Counted from the first letter of the stretch, positions 35,069-45,688 are shown. The stretch is DNA of 48,841 bases from Theionarchaea archaeon (GCA_018992565.1 JACVGW010000006.1:2441-51281); one strand, 5' to 3'. The notes: generated from the letters alone by a model not told the origin. Numbers and translations are program-made.

Positions 35069-36616
35069 ATGGAGCAGCTGAAACTGGATGGATACATAGC
35101 TCAAGAAAGAGGATTCGTTTCTCACCCTGCCATCAAACCCAAGACGGTACTGGAAAGGGCATTTCAGATAGATATTGCTGAAAAAGCCAAAAAGGAAAAT
35201 ACGCTTGTTGTTATTCCCACTGGACTGGGAAAGACAGTAATAGCCGTTTTGGTGGCAGCGGACGTCGCGAAAAAGGGAAAAGTTGTCATGCTTGCTCCTA
35301 CCAGACCGTTAGTACTCCAGCATCAGCACTCATTTGATGAAATGCTGTTCATGCAATCCAGCATTGTTCTCACCGGAAAGATTGCCCCGGGAAAGAGAAA
35401 GGATCTGTGGAAGGAAACACAGTTCATATTTTCGACCCCGCAGGTAGTCCGGAATGATCTACAGAATAATCTCTATACTCTGGAAGATACTGCCCTCATA
35501 ATATTTGATGAAGCACACCGGGCAGTAGGGGATTATGCATACGTGGAGATTGCGCAATCATATGTCAATCAAAGAAAGTCACCCCTGATCCTGGGATTGA
35601 CCGCCTCTCCGGGTTCTCAGAAGGCAAAAATAAAAGAGGTAATGGAGAATCTCTCCATCCAGAATGTGGAGGCCAGGGTACGACAGGATGAGGATGTTAT
35701 CGACTATGTGAAAGACATCAAGATTGAGTGGCACAAAGTAGAACTGACTCCAGAAATGGAAACCTTGAGAGCGAGCCTGGAACCCCTTCTTTACGAGAAG
35801 ATTGGAAAATTGAACAATGTAGGACTGCTCACCTACAAAAAGAAGGAATACATATCCAAGAAAGACCTGCTGGATCTGAGGGGGTACATACCACGGTATC
35901 TCACTGGATACAGGTCAAAATACCGATTTGCTGCTTATTTGAATCAGGCAATGGCCATTTCTCTGTATCACTGCCTGGAACTTCTGGAAACCCAGGGTGT
36001 GAGTCCGTTGCGGGATTATCTGAAACGGATGATTGAAGGCCCCTGCGAAAAACGTTCCGAGAAAATTCTGGTCAGTGATAAGAGGATTCAGGCACTGTAC
36101 CAGCAGGTACAGGACTCCTCTGAGATCTCTCATCCTAAGCTACGTGCTCTGCGTGCGGTACTGGAGAAACAGCTCTATGTCAAAAAATCGTCTCTCATCA
36201 TTGTGTTTGCCCAGTACAGGGATACCATATCCTCTATCCTGGAGGAGGTTCAGACTATTGTCCATGCTGCCCCTGTACGATTCGTGGGGCAATCGTCTCG
36301 AACAGACAAGGGGTTGAAGCAGGAAGAACAGAAGAAGATCCTGGAAGAATTCAGAAGAGGAGAACACAACATCCTGGTGGCAAGTTCAGTTGCAGAAGAA
36401 GGATTGGATATCCCAGCTGTAGACCTCGTCGTATTCTATGAGCCCATTCCTTCTGAAATCAGGTCTATACAGAGAAAAGGAAGGACTGGAAGGTCTGAAG
36501 TGGGAAAGGTAATCATCCTGATTACCAAAGACTCCAGAGATGAGGCCTATCTGTGGGCAGAGCGAAGCAGGGAAAAGAAAATGCAGAGTATGGTCAAATG
36601 GTTGAGGAGCCAGTGA
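35069..36616 (+). CDS. hef: Hef/FANCM-like SF2 DEAH helicase (helicase portion only)
   Basis: PTGLGKT, LAPTRPLV, DEAHRAVG.YAY, GLTASPG, HPKL, VAEEGLDIP, QRKGRTGR. Confidence 0.88.
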   Translation: MEQLKLDGYIAQERGFVSHPAIKPKTVLERAFQIDIAEKAKKENTLVVIPTGLGKTVIAVLVAADVAKKGKVVMLAPTRPLVLQHQHSFDEMLFMQSSIVLTGKIAPGKRKDLWKETQFIFSTPQVVRNDLQNNLYTLEDTALIIFDEAHRAVGDYAYVEIAQSYVNQRKSPLILGLTASPGSQKAKIKEVMENLSIQNVEARVRQDEDVIDYVKDIKIEWHKVELTPEMETLRASLEPLLYEKIGKLNNVGLLTYKKKEYISKKDLLDLRGYIPRYLTGYRSKYRFAAYLNQAMAISLYHCLELLETQGVSPLRDYLKRMIEGPCEKRSEKILVSDKRIQALYQQVQDSSEISHPKLRALRAVLEKQLYVKKSSLIIVFAQYRDTISSILEEVQTIVHAAPVRFVGQSSRTDKGLKQEEQKKILEEFRRGEHNILVASSVAEEGLDIPAVDLVVFYEPIPSEIRSIQRKGRTGRSEVGKVIILITKDSRDEAYLWAERSREKKMQSMVKWLRSQ

Positions 36617-36619
36617 TGA

Positions 36620-37162
36620 CTATCGGTCAAAGAAGGGATTCTTGCCTGCCAGGGCCAGCCCCAATCCAATGATGACGTCTGCTTCTTCCAGGAATCCCAG
36701 TGCGTGTGCCGCAGTTCCAGCAGTATAAAAGAGGCGGTTATCCACATTGAGAATACTGGCAGTCTTGGCTGCAGATCCTAGAGCAACTCCCAGGTCCATC
36801 AACTTGAAAACACAATTCGGTCCTGTGAAGTCCACTCCCTGAAATCTCGGTTTGCTCCTGAGTTCCTCACACGTATCGAAGCCGCATCCGCCACAATTGA
36901 GGTCGACAGGCTCTCCCTTGACTCCCACCAGGATCAATGCCTGTGCTTTTTCCACACATATTCCGTCTCTCTCAAAGTAGGCTGCCGTTTCTTTCCGAGC
37001 TTTCAACCAATCAGCTATTTTCTGTTTTTCTGTCCCTGTTACTATACAGGAATAGACTGTGTCCCGTCCTCTCGATTTGGGGGCAGTCCTGATGGAAGCC
37101 AATACCAGCTTTGCAGCTTCCATTACTGCCTCATATTCCGTTTGTGAGCCAGCTAGAATCAT
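36620..37162 (-). CDS. DUF2148 ferredoxin-domain / nitroreductase-like protein
   Basis: RTAPKSRG, LNCGGCGFDTC, GPNC...DLGVALGSA...VDNR, KNPFFDR. Confidence 0.85.
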   Translation of the reverse strand: MILAGSQTEYEAVMEAAKLVLASIRTAPKSRGRDTVYSCIVTGTEKQKIADWLKARKETAAYFERDGICVEKAQALILVGVKGEPVDLNCGGCGFDTCEELRSKPRFQGVDFTGPNCVFKLMDLGVALGSAAKTASILNVDNRLFYTAGTAAHALGFLEEADVIIGLGLALAGKNPFFDR

Positions 37163-37180
37163 GGTTTCTCTTCTTATGCA

Positions 37181-37196
37181 TTTATAAAAGGTTTTC
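37181..37196 (-). promoter_or_regulatory. BRE/TATA promoter (near-leaderless) of the DUF2148 gene
   Basis: Minus strand reads GAAAACCTTTTATAAA about 20 nt upstream of the ATG. Confidence 0.65.
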
Positions 37197-37529
37197 CCAT
37201 GGCCCAGAAAGTGGGACTGCTACCCCTCCACACTCAATGCCAATTCAGAAGTACATCTCTGTCCCGTACCATTTCGACAGAGAATCTGCACGGGGAGCGC
37301 AAGTATCCGTGACTAGTGTGTCATCTGGGAAAAATGATGAGGGTCACTGCCTCTCTATATGCTACCGGCTCAAGTATCTGGTCTGAATCTGCTTGAATCA
37401 CTCGCACAATCGGTCTTGTGAGTATTCTCTATATCATGGTCCTCCTAGAGATCTCTGATCTGGTGAACATGCAATAATCTGTATTCTATGGTATCTGGCT
37501 ACAATCCCGAGCGCACAGACACACATTGT

Positions 37530-40010
37530 TCAGTCAATGGCACAAAGTAAGAAGGGGTCGCCCCATGGTTTTATACCTATGTCCAGCAGTGTGTATCCTT
37601 CGGGTACATCTAAAATAATGGTCTTTGTGATCCCATCATTCTCCCTGTAAATGGTAGTCACTTTCTGCCATTCACCCTCTATATAAATATTGAAGTCCAC
37701 GTTACCTTCTCCTGTGTCTATGTAGGTCAACTCCACGATCCCTGGAGTACCTGTCAGGTAGATATGTCCCTGATCGTACAACTCAAACCCCGATTCGACC
37801 TTCTTCCATGAGGTTCCAATAAGGACTGCGTCCCCACAGGGAAGGCTGGCTCTGAATGCTGCGGTGACAGACGCAGTAGCCATCATTGATTGATCTGTAC
37901 TGGTAAGTGTAACCTTGTCCACATCAGGAGGAAGCCTGAATGCTGCGTGAACCATGCTCCTGCTGTCAGTCTGAGGAATCACTGCCAGCACAGTATCTCC
38001 CGTTCGCAGTTCAATTTGCCCCCATCCTCTATCTTCGAAGTGAATGTCCAGAATTCTATCCACTGGAAGACTCAACAGCCCGAGAGACACATCGAGTTCG
38101 GCAGGGTCACCTGGTACTAAATCGATTTCACCCAGTTCTTTCAATTCGAAGGTGTTACTATAGGCGAATTCAGGTCTCACTCTGAAGATGTAGGTATACC
38201 CTTCCTGAAATACTAACTCATAGTTGGGACTCTCCATCAGTACAAAAGGATTCCACAAAGCACTTCTCCACTTGGATTCCTCCAGGACATAGCTGGACAA
38301 GAATACGTAGTCCACTGCCCATTCTTTAAGATATGTATGGGCCTCTTGGGAATCTGGATATGCAGCGATCAAGAAGCTTTTTTGTTCTTTTGGGGCCAGA
38401 TCCAGCGCTTTGACATAATCTTCGCGAGCAAAGACATTTATGGAGAAAGCATTCACCGTATATGGAAAGACTACTCTTCTCCTGGTGAGACTTGGAATCC
38501 ATGCAGACCCTGTTCCCGTCCACCAGTCATTGAGTATTACCGCATCTGGTTCTGCCTGCAAGAGCCATACCATCCCCTTCTGATCATCCTCGAAAAATGG
38601 GGAGGTAGTGGGAAACAGCTCACCCCTGTCCGCCCGAGGTACCTGGAGGATGTGGGAACATCCGGATACCAGCAGAACTGCAGTAAGGACAGCAGCTCCT
38701 GGTTTGGAGAATTCTTTCATCTGCATAAGAAAAAGGGCTCCCAGCATAGAAAACGGGATGAAAAGCTGGTCTATCATCCGAGGAGCAAAGAAAGCATACC
38801 ACAGGGGAAATTTGATTCCCAATATGCTATTCAAAGCCAGGAAAACAAATGTGCAAATCCATACGCCAAAGAATAATCGGTATTTATGCAGCAGGAAGAA
38901 TCCCAGTGCACCTACCAGAAGTATCCATATTCCAATACCTCTGGGAAGCATGTCAGCAGTGAACCGTTCAAAGAAGTGACTCTCCTGTCTCACAAGATAT
39001 TCCACAGATGAAAAGGTTGCTTCTCTGGAGGGGACGTAGGCTGTAGAAATACGCAGCAGGAAGGGGAGACAGACAGCAGCAGCCAGCCCAAGAAGGAGGA
39101 TGTATTTCAGCAATGCGCGAGGTAGAGTGCCCAGCTGCTGTATCAGGAGTATTGAGAGGGGTATTAAGACCACAAAGAAGAGGAGATGGCTCTCTGCTCC
39201 CGCTGCCAGGAGAACAGCCAGTACAATCCACAACATATGATCCTTCCTTGAGTTGAGATCAGCTATCACTCCTACTGCAGCACAGGTCATGACGTAAGCC
39301 AGCAAGGTGGAATAATTGCTCAGGATAATGCTGTTCAAGGGAGGAAGTGTGGAGAATACAGCAAGAATCGCTGCCAGAAGTCCCATTTCAAAGGAAAACA
39401 TGGTTTTGGTAGCCCAGTATATGGATAAACAGAGAAGAACAACCAGAACCGAAGCCACCCCAAATATGAGGTTCTCCATTCCAGAAAAGAGTTCCAGCTG
39501 AGCAGTGAGAATATGAACTCCTAAAGGATAAATGATTCTGGGAATCTCAGGATATAGTAGGTACGTTTGGGGAATAGCTGCCTCCTGGACAATATCCTCA
39601 GTGATTAATAAGTGAGCAATCGCGTCTTCCCCTGGTACCACGTTCCAGGTTGCCATCCCGAAAAGAATGGCAGGGGCAAAAATGAGGAGAGTTTTCCTGT
39701 CAAAGGTCAAAGGATGGAGCCCTCTAAAATCTGTCAGCAGAGAACATGCCACAGCAGGGAGAATCAAGGTCACCAGAGAGAAATGGTATGCCAAAGAAAT
39801 AAAGTAGGCATATACAATCTGAAACCCCAGGCCACACAGCATGGAAAAGATCAGCTGATCCACAAGATCTCTCTGGGGGTACACGTTGAGAGAAATGCCC
39901 ACTCCTGGCATGAGAAGCAGTACAAGAACGGCTGCCAGTTTCAGTTCAGGAGGCGCCAGTACAACCACCGCAATACTGCACAGCGTGAGTACGGTCAAGA
40001 AGGGTTTCAT
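37530..40010 (-). CDS. Large polytopic membrane protein, putative GT-C-fold glycosyltransferase
   Basis: Roughly 13 or more hydrophobic helices, GEDAIAH, YPLGVH, then a soluble domain ILNDWWTGTGSAWIP...VDYVFL...YELVF. Confidence 0.65.
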   Translation of the reverse strand: MKPFLTVLTLCSIAVVVLAPPELKLAAVLVLLLMPGVGISLNVYPQRDLVDQLIFSMLCGLGFQIVYAYFISLAYHFSLVTLILPAVACSLLTDFRGLHPLTFDRKTLLIFAPAILFGMATWNVVPGEDAIAHLLITEDIVQEAAIPQTYLLYPEIPRIIYPLGVHILTAQLELFSGMENLIFGVASVLVVLLCLSIYWATKTMFSFEMGLLAAILAVFSTLPPLNSIILSNYSTLLAYVMTCAAVGVIADLNSRKDHMLWIVLAVLLAAGAESHLLFFVVLIPLSILLIQQLGTLPRALLKYILLLGLAAAVCLPFLLRISTAYVPSREATFSSVEYLVRQESHFFERFTADMLPRGIGIWILLVGALGFFLLHKYRLFFGVWICTFVFLALNSILGIKFPLWYAFFAPRMIDQLFIPFSMLGALFLMQMKEFSKPGAAVLTAVLLVSGCSHILQVPRADRGELFPTTSPFFEDDQKGMVWLLQAEPDAVILNDWWTGTGSAWIPSLTRRRVVFPYTVNAFSINVFAREDYVKALDLAPKEQKSFLIAAYPDSQEAHTYLKEWAVDYVFLSSYVLEESKWRSALWNPFVLMESPNYELVFQEGYTYIFRVRPEFAYSNTFELKELGEIDLVPGDPAELDVSLGLLSLPVDRILDIHFEDRGWGQIELRTGDTVLAVIPQTDSRSMVHAAFRLPPDVDKVTLTSTDQSMMATASVTAAFRASLPCGDAVLIGTSWKKVESGFELYDQGHIYLTGTPGIVELTYIDTGEGNVDFNIYIEGEWQKVTTIYRENDGITKTIILDVPEGYTLLDIGIKPWGDPFLLCAID

Positions 40011-40112
40011 TGCTGTTGATGGAAGATTCTCCTATTTAAGAATTGTGAGTCCGGAACCCTTCTGGGCTGTGACGTCTGTTTTGATGGACTGCCTTTCTTG
40101 GAACCCGGCAGA

Positions 40113-42641
40113 TCATTCGCAGGACAGAGAGAGTATGATGAAATCACTGTTCCAGGCGAAAACTCCGATATCCACGAAGGAATACCCCTTGGGCACGGGA
40201 ATGCTCACGCATTTCACCTTCCCATCTCCTGTTCTCTCCAGTATGAGTCTCTCCAGCTGGTTGCTCTCAAGCACGATATTGAAATCAATATTCCCTGGAG
40301 CATGATCCACATACGTGATATTCAACCTCGTTATTAAAGGAGAAAGCACATAGATGTGATTGGTTTTGGCAGACTTTCCAGCATGGTAGGTCGTGTTGAC
40401 CTGGTTCCATGAATCCCCAATGAGAACCACTCTATCAGATACTTTGATCCCCTGGAAGCATGCCACGACAGCAACATCACGTACAGTAACAGGTTCTCTA
40501 TAAGGGGCTAGAATCACGGCAGTCCCACCTTCAACCTCAGCAGGGAGCCGGAAGTAGAGGGTCTCCCAAGTGCCTGAATCTGTTCTGGGTACGGTGGCCA
40601 GATAGAATTCCTCCTGCTTTCTCACCAGAACATCAAATGGATCATAGCCAGAATCTAGATAGGTTATCTTCACATAGAGTGTAGGACGAAAACTCAGGCT
40701 GCCCCAGGCGACACTCACCGAGCTGTCCCTGTCAAGATCAACAGGGCCAGGGGAGACATTAGCCTGTACCGAGCTATCCTCAAATGGAGAGTGCGCAGAC
40801 CTTCCTTGGTATACTGGAGTCTCTGATATACTGTATATATTTGAAAAGGTGAAGGAAGGCCGAACCTGGAAGAGATACGTATTGCCCTTATGGAATACCA
40901 GATCATAGTTCGGGCTCTTTACCATGGGTTCAGGTTTCCACAGATTTCTCCTCCAGGCGACATCAGGTTGCACATAACCTGATAGAAAAATGTAATCCAC
41001 CCCTTCCTCTCTCAAGAACAGGAGGGATGGTTCAATGTCAGGAAGTGCTGCCACTACAAAGGATTTTTTCTCTTTTTCAAGGACTGCCAACCTGGAACCA
41101 ATCGCATCGTACCTGTATAAGTTTGGGAACATCACTCTTTTTCCGATAAGGGGGAGTATCCATGAAGAGCCTGTCCCTGTCCACCAGTCATTGAGGATGT
41201 AGACAGTGGGATAGGGTTCCAGAACCTGCATGGCCTCCTGGTCATCCAGGAAGTATTGCGAATCTGAGGGGATATATGGTCCTGAGAGGAGAGGGGGAGT
41301 TCCCTGGATGATAGGGTGTGGAGTCACCGATACCAGCAGAAGGAGAAAAATGATGCCCCAGGATGGCTTGATAAGGCGGACAAATCCAATTCCTGCAAGA
41401 ACAGAGAGAGGGATAGTAAGAATCTTCAGTGCCTCTGCACCTGAAATTAGAAACCACAAGGGTATGTCCATGAACCCACTCATTACCACAAAAACACAAC
41501 CACCTATCCAGCCAGCAAAAAAGAGGGCATGCTCTCTTCTCACAAAAAGGAATCCCACAGCTCCCAGAAAGATGACCCAGACTCCCACAGTTGCGGTAAC
41601 AAATCCCGGGGTTAGTGCAGTCTTGATCACACCTGCCCAGTACGCAACCTCGTGGGCAGAATATGTGACGTCATACACTCGTCCTGCATACGGGATAAGA
41701 AACAGTAAAAGACTGCCAGCAAGAATCACGGGAGACATGTGCAATTCCCTTGAATTACGGATTGTACCGTACAGCACGAGAGCAAGGACTACTGGAAGGA
41801 CTGTCACAAAGGAAGGATGTATCTCGATTCCCGCTGCGCAGCCCAGACCCAAGAGGACTGCTCTCTTAGGACTGGAATGCTCCCGAAAATTCAAAGCCCA
41901 GTATACAACCATTCCTCCCAGCGCCAGCGATAGTCCGAGATCATAGAACCCCTGGTCTACACAATTGATGACGGCGGCAGAAGCAAAAAGAGCGCAACCT
42001 CCCGCTGCTATCCCAGCGTTCTCTGAGTGGAAATATTTTGCCATCAAGTAACAAGGAACAAAAGCAAAAGACGCCATAATCACTCCACAAAGAGGTAGAT
42101 AATGCCAGGTTCCTGCAAAGAAGAGTATTTCATACACCAGGAAATGGAACCCAAGGGGTGTCCTTACAGGAATGTCATACAATGGATAGTCAGAAGGTAT
42201 GAATCCTTTGTCCATAATTGATTTCAGAGCAAAGAGGTGGGACTGATTTTCAGATAGGGGACTACAGCTCAGAATGACAAAGAGGAATAGGATGACCAGA
42301 ACTGCAGTGTTCTTCCAGGTCACATTTAAAGAGCACTTCTTCCAGGTTACCGAAGCTACAGCGAGTGCACTTGGAGCTATCAGCAGCCATACGTTCATTT
42401 CCACATGAAGGAGCCCTAACCAATACCCATACACCACATGAGCACACATTCCTGCCAGTACAGAGGTTAACACCACATCCAGGTCCACAGTAGACTCCAG
42501 GTGTAACATGATGCCAGCCCCCGTGACAAAGAAGAGTCCTGCACCCCACGCTATAATACAAAAAGGGTATGGTACAACGACGCCTGCAAGAACGCTACAT
42601 CCCAGAACAAGAGTCAGAACTAATCCAGTCCGCAGCACCAT
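40113..42641 (-). CDS. Paralogous large polytopic membrane protein, putative GT-C-fold glycosyltransferase
   Basis: TPLGFH, ILNDWWTGTGSSWIL, GVDYIFLS, SPNYDLVF shared with the neighbouring gene; start set to ATG 42641 behind a CATATAAA TATA-like box. Confidence 0.65.
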   Translation of the reverse strand: MVLRTGLVLTLVLGCSVLAGVVVPYPFCIIAWGAGLFFVTGAGIMLHLESTVDLDVVLTSVLAGMCAHVVYGYWLGLLHVEMNVWLLIAPSALAVASVTWKKCSLNVTWKNTAVLVILFLFVILSCSPLSENQSHLFALKSIMDKGFIPSDYPLYDIPVRTPLGFHFLVYEILFFAGTWHYLPLCGVIMASFAFVPCYLMAKYFHSENAGIAAGGCALFASAAVINCVDQGFYDLGLSLALGGMVVYWALNFREHSSPKRAVLLGLGCAAGIEIHPSFVTVLPVVLALVLYGTIRNSRELHMSPVILAGSLLLFLIPYAGRVYDVTYSAHEVAYWAGVIKTALTPGFVTATVGVWVIFLGAVGFLFVRREHALFFAGWIGGCVFVVMSGFMDIPLWFLISGAEALKILTIPLSVLAGIGFVRLIKPSWGIIFLLLLVSVTPHPIIQGTPPLLSGPYIPSDSQYFLDDQEAMQVLEPYPTVYILNDWWTGTGSSWILPLIGKRVMFPNLYRYDAIGSRLAVLEKEKKSFVVAALPDIEPSLLFLREEGVDYIFLSGYVQPDVAWRRNLWKPEPMVKSPNYDLVFHKGNTYLFQVRPSFTFSNIYSISETPVYQGRSAHSPFEDSSVQANVSPGPVDLDRDSSVSVAWGSLSFRPTLYVKITYLDSGYDPFDVLVRKQEEFYLATVPRTDSGTWETLYFRLPAEVEGGTAVILAPYREPVTVRDVAVVACFQGIKVSDRVVLIGDSWNQVNTTYHAGKSAKTNHIYVLSPLITRLNITYVDHAPGNIDFNIVLESNQLERLILERTGDGKVKCVSIPVPKGYSFVDIGVFAWNSDFIILSLSCE

Positions 42642-43021
42642 GATGGGTATGACCCCAGCATGTTTATATGAATTGTGATTCCTGACAGCCTCCTCTGGAA
42701 TACCTGAACCTTTTCCCACATAAGGATCGTTTCAGGTCTGCCCGAGTTATGAGGTTCTGCTGGGACTCACCTCTCTGAACAGTACTATCCCATCAAAAGC
42801 ATCTGAAAGACTGGCACCACATTCCAGATGGCAGTTACCGTTTGCCTGCCATGGTAGGCTGAGTAGGGTAGTCGTTGACTACCACACTTACTATATACTG
42901 TAGTAATTATATACGTGACGACTGGATGATAAATTGATACATCATTCTTCGTGCTAATTCATGAATACCTCCCACCTCGGCTATCCCATAGATATAAAAA
43001 CGGGTAAAAAAATGAGAATCA

Positions 43022-45646
43022 ATGGATGTAAAGAAGACCAAAGAGATGTTCAGACAGATAGCATCCAAACAGCCGGAAAAGTACTTTGGAGTGGAAACGT
43101 TAAGGAATTTAGGGTTTTCCAGGCATCAGTGCACAACATGCGGCAAGTACTTCTGGAGCGTACACGAAAGAACAGTATGTGGTGACCCTCAATGCCAGGG
43201 CACCTTCCAGTTTGTGGGTAGACCTCCCTACCGCTCTCTTGCCTACACTGAAGTATGGAATGAGTTCAGTGCCATGTTTGAGACGTTCGGGTATACTCCT
43301 ATCCAGAGATATCCCGTGGTAGCCAGGTGGAGGGATGACACCGATTTCGTGCAGGCCTCAATCTACGATTTCCAGCCTCACGTAGTATCAGGTGCTGTGG
43401 ACCCTCCTGCCAATCCCTTGGTTGTGCCCCAGTTCTCCTTGAGATTTGTAGATGTGGAAAACGTTGGGATTACTGGCATCCACTACACAGGATTTGTCAT
43501 GATAGGGCAGCATGCCTTTGAACCCCCTGAAACCTATGATCAGAATGTATATCTTGATCATATTTATTCCTGGCTAACTCAAGGATTGAGAATACCCCAG
43601 GATGAAATCATCTTTCATGAGGATGGCTGGGCGGGAGGAGGAAATGGAGGAGCCTGTATGGAGTATTTTTCAGGCGGATTAGAACTGGGAAATCAGGTGT
43701 ACATGTTGTATGCCTTGACTGAATCAGGATATGATGAATTGAACCTCAAAGTCCTTGACATGGGGATGGGTCAGGAACGGAATGCATGGTTTTGCTCTGG
43801 GTTGCCCACATCATATGATGCTGTCTTCCCCACTGTCATGGACATATTGTACAGGATGACAGGGTTTCACCCTGATCGTCCCTTAATGGAGAAATTTGCT
43901 CCCTATGCGGGATTATTCAATATAGATGAAATTGATGATGTGAATCAAGCATGGGACCATACCGCTCGTGTTTTAGAAATTGATCCGAAATCTCTCAGAA
44001 AGAAGATCGAGAAGCAGGCAGCTTTATACTCTATTGGAGAGCATACGAGAGGACTTCTGGTCGCTCTCAATGACGGTGCCCTTCCTTCAAACATTGGGGG
44101 AGGATATAACCTCCGTGCTTTGCTGAGGCGCTGCTTGAATTTCATTCAGACATACGACTGGGATATTTCCTTAGAGAAATTGGTTGAAGAACATGCCCGG
44201 TACTTGAAACCACAATTTCCTGAATTGACAGAAAACCTAGAGGATATTTACAGGATCATAGATGTGGAGAAGAGAAAATACGGGAAGGCACGCATTAAAG
44301 TGGAAAAAGAACTTGAGAAGGCACTTTCCTCAAAGAAGATTACTCACCACAAGCTTGCAGAACTCTATCAATCTCATGGAGTCAATCCTGAACTACTGGA
44401 GAAAGCAGCCCGGGCTGCAGGGTTATCATTTTCAATACCGCGATTTGAAGAAGTTGAGAAGCCTGCTCCCGCACAAGAGCAGGGACCTGCAGTATTTCCA
44501 CCCTATGAGACAGAGCCCCTGTACTATACAAACGAGAAGATGAGGGAATTTACTGCCGCTGTTGTGGACAGCTGCGACACACTTGTTGTCCTGGATAAGA
44601 CTGCATTCTATCCTACAGGAGGCGGTCAGGAACATGACACGGGATGGATTGATGACAAAGAGGTTATTGATGTATTTAAGGAGGGAAAAACTGTAGTCCA
44701 CAGGCTGAAAGAAGGAAATATTAAGAAAGGAAAATCTGTTTCCTGCAAAATTAATGGAGAAAGAAGAGATACTCTTACGAGACACCATACAGCAGCCCAT
44801 CTAGTCAATGGAGCCTCTCGCATGGTACTGGGTAACCACGTGTGGCAGGCAGGCTCACATATATCAGAATCCTGTGGAAGACTGGATATCACTCACTATG
44901 AAACCTTGACTTTACAGGAGCTTCACCAAATAGAGAAAATTGCCAATGAAATGGTCCTCAAGGGAGTCCACATCCAGAAGATGGTTCTGGACCGCAATGA
45001 AGCAGAAAAGGAGTACGGGTTCAGGTTGTACCAGGGAGGTGCTGTACCGGGAAAAGTCCTGCGGGTATTAAACATTCCTGGGTTTGATGTGGAAGCATGT
45101 GGAGGGACTCATGCAGACAACACCAGTGAAGTGGGATTCATCAAGGTAGTCAGCTTCGAGAAGATATCAGATGCCGTGCTGCGACTGGAATTCACTGCAG
45201 GACTGACAGCTTTAACATGCGTACAGGAAGATGCAGATATTCTAAAGGAAATTGGGGACATTTTCAGGGTTGAAAAATCACAGGTGGTGAAGACTGCTCA
45301 GCGCTTTTTTGATGAATGGAAGATGAAGTCAAAAGAAATAGATGCTTTAAAGCGAGAATTGTCTCAGATAAGAAAAACACGGCTCAACGAATGCTTTACA
45401 GAAGAGGGGGATATCCTCTTTCTGGAAGAAGAGGTGGAAGGAGATAGAGATGTGCTTCGGGAAACTGGGCTCAATCTGGTATGTGAAAACGGAATCGTAA
45501 TTCTTCACAATGAAAAAGGCGACCTCGTAGTCTTCTGCGGAAAAAAGGCTGTGGAGAAGGGATATAAGGCTAATGATCTCATCAAGAAGTATGGCAGGGG
45601 TGGGGGAACTTCTGAGTTTTCTCAAGGCATTAAGGAAAAAGAGTGA
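43022..45646 (+). CDS. alaS: Alanine--tRNA ligase (archaeal type)
   Basis: RYPVVARWRDD, ASIYDFQP, PPANPLV, WAGGGNGG, GLELGNQV, FYPTGGGQ, editing motifs HTAAH and CGGTH, GRGGG. Confidence 0.96.
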   Translation: MDVKKTKEMFRQIASKQPEKYFGVETLRNLGFSRHQCTTCGKYFWSVHERTVCGDPQCQGTFQFVGRPPYRSLAYTEVWNEFSAMFETFGYTPIQRYPVVARWRDDTDFVQASIYDFQPHVVSGAVDPPANPLVVPQFSLRFVDVENVGITGIHYTGFVMIGQHAFEPPETYDQNVYLDHIYSWLTQGLRIPQDEIIFHEDGWAGGGNGGACMEYFSGGLELGNQVYMLYALTESGYDELNLKVLDMGMGQERNAWFCSGLPTSYDAVFPTVMDILYRMTGFHPDRPLMEKFAPYAGLFNIDEIDDVNQAWDHTARVLEIDPKSLRKKIEKQAALYSIGEHTRGLLVALNDGALPSNIGGGYNLRALLRRCLNFIQTYDWDISLEKLVEEHARYLKPQFPELTENLEDIYRIIDVEKRKYGKARIKVEKELEKALSSKKITHHKLAELYQSHGVNPELLEKAARAAGLSFSIPRFEEVEKPAPAQEQGPAVFPPYETEPLYYTNEKMREFTAAVVDSCDTLVVLDKTAFYPTGGGQEHDTGWIDDKEVIDVFKEGKTVVHRLKEGNIKKGKSVSCKINGERRDTLTRHHTAAHLVNGASRMVLGNHVWQAGSHISESCGRLDITHYETLTLQELHQIEKIANEMVLKGVHIQKMVLDRNEAEKEYGFRLYQGGAVPGKVLRVLNIPGFDVEACGGTHADNTSEVGFIKVVSFEKISDAVLRLEFTAGLTALTCVQEDADILKEIGDIFRVEKSQVVKTAQRFFDEWKMKSKEIDALKRELSQIRKTRLNECFTEEGDILFLEEEVEGDRDVLRETGLNLVCENGIVILHNEKGDLVVFCGKKAVEKGYKANDLIKKYGRGGGTSEFSQGIKEKE

Positions 45647-45662
45647 TCAATAACAGTCTGAC

Positions 45663-45688
45663 AGAGAAAGAAATAAAATAAAAAAAAG
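45663..45688 (-). terminator. Oligo-T terminator of the aminotransferase gene
   Basis: Minus strand reads CTTTTTTTTATTTTATTTCTTTCTCT directly after the TGA. Confidence 0.55.

Noticed and set aside
41230-41946. 238-aa plus-strand ORF
   Set aside because: Antisense shadow of the hydrophobic membrane-protein gene.
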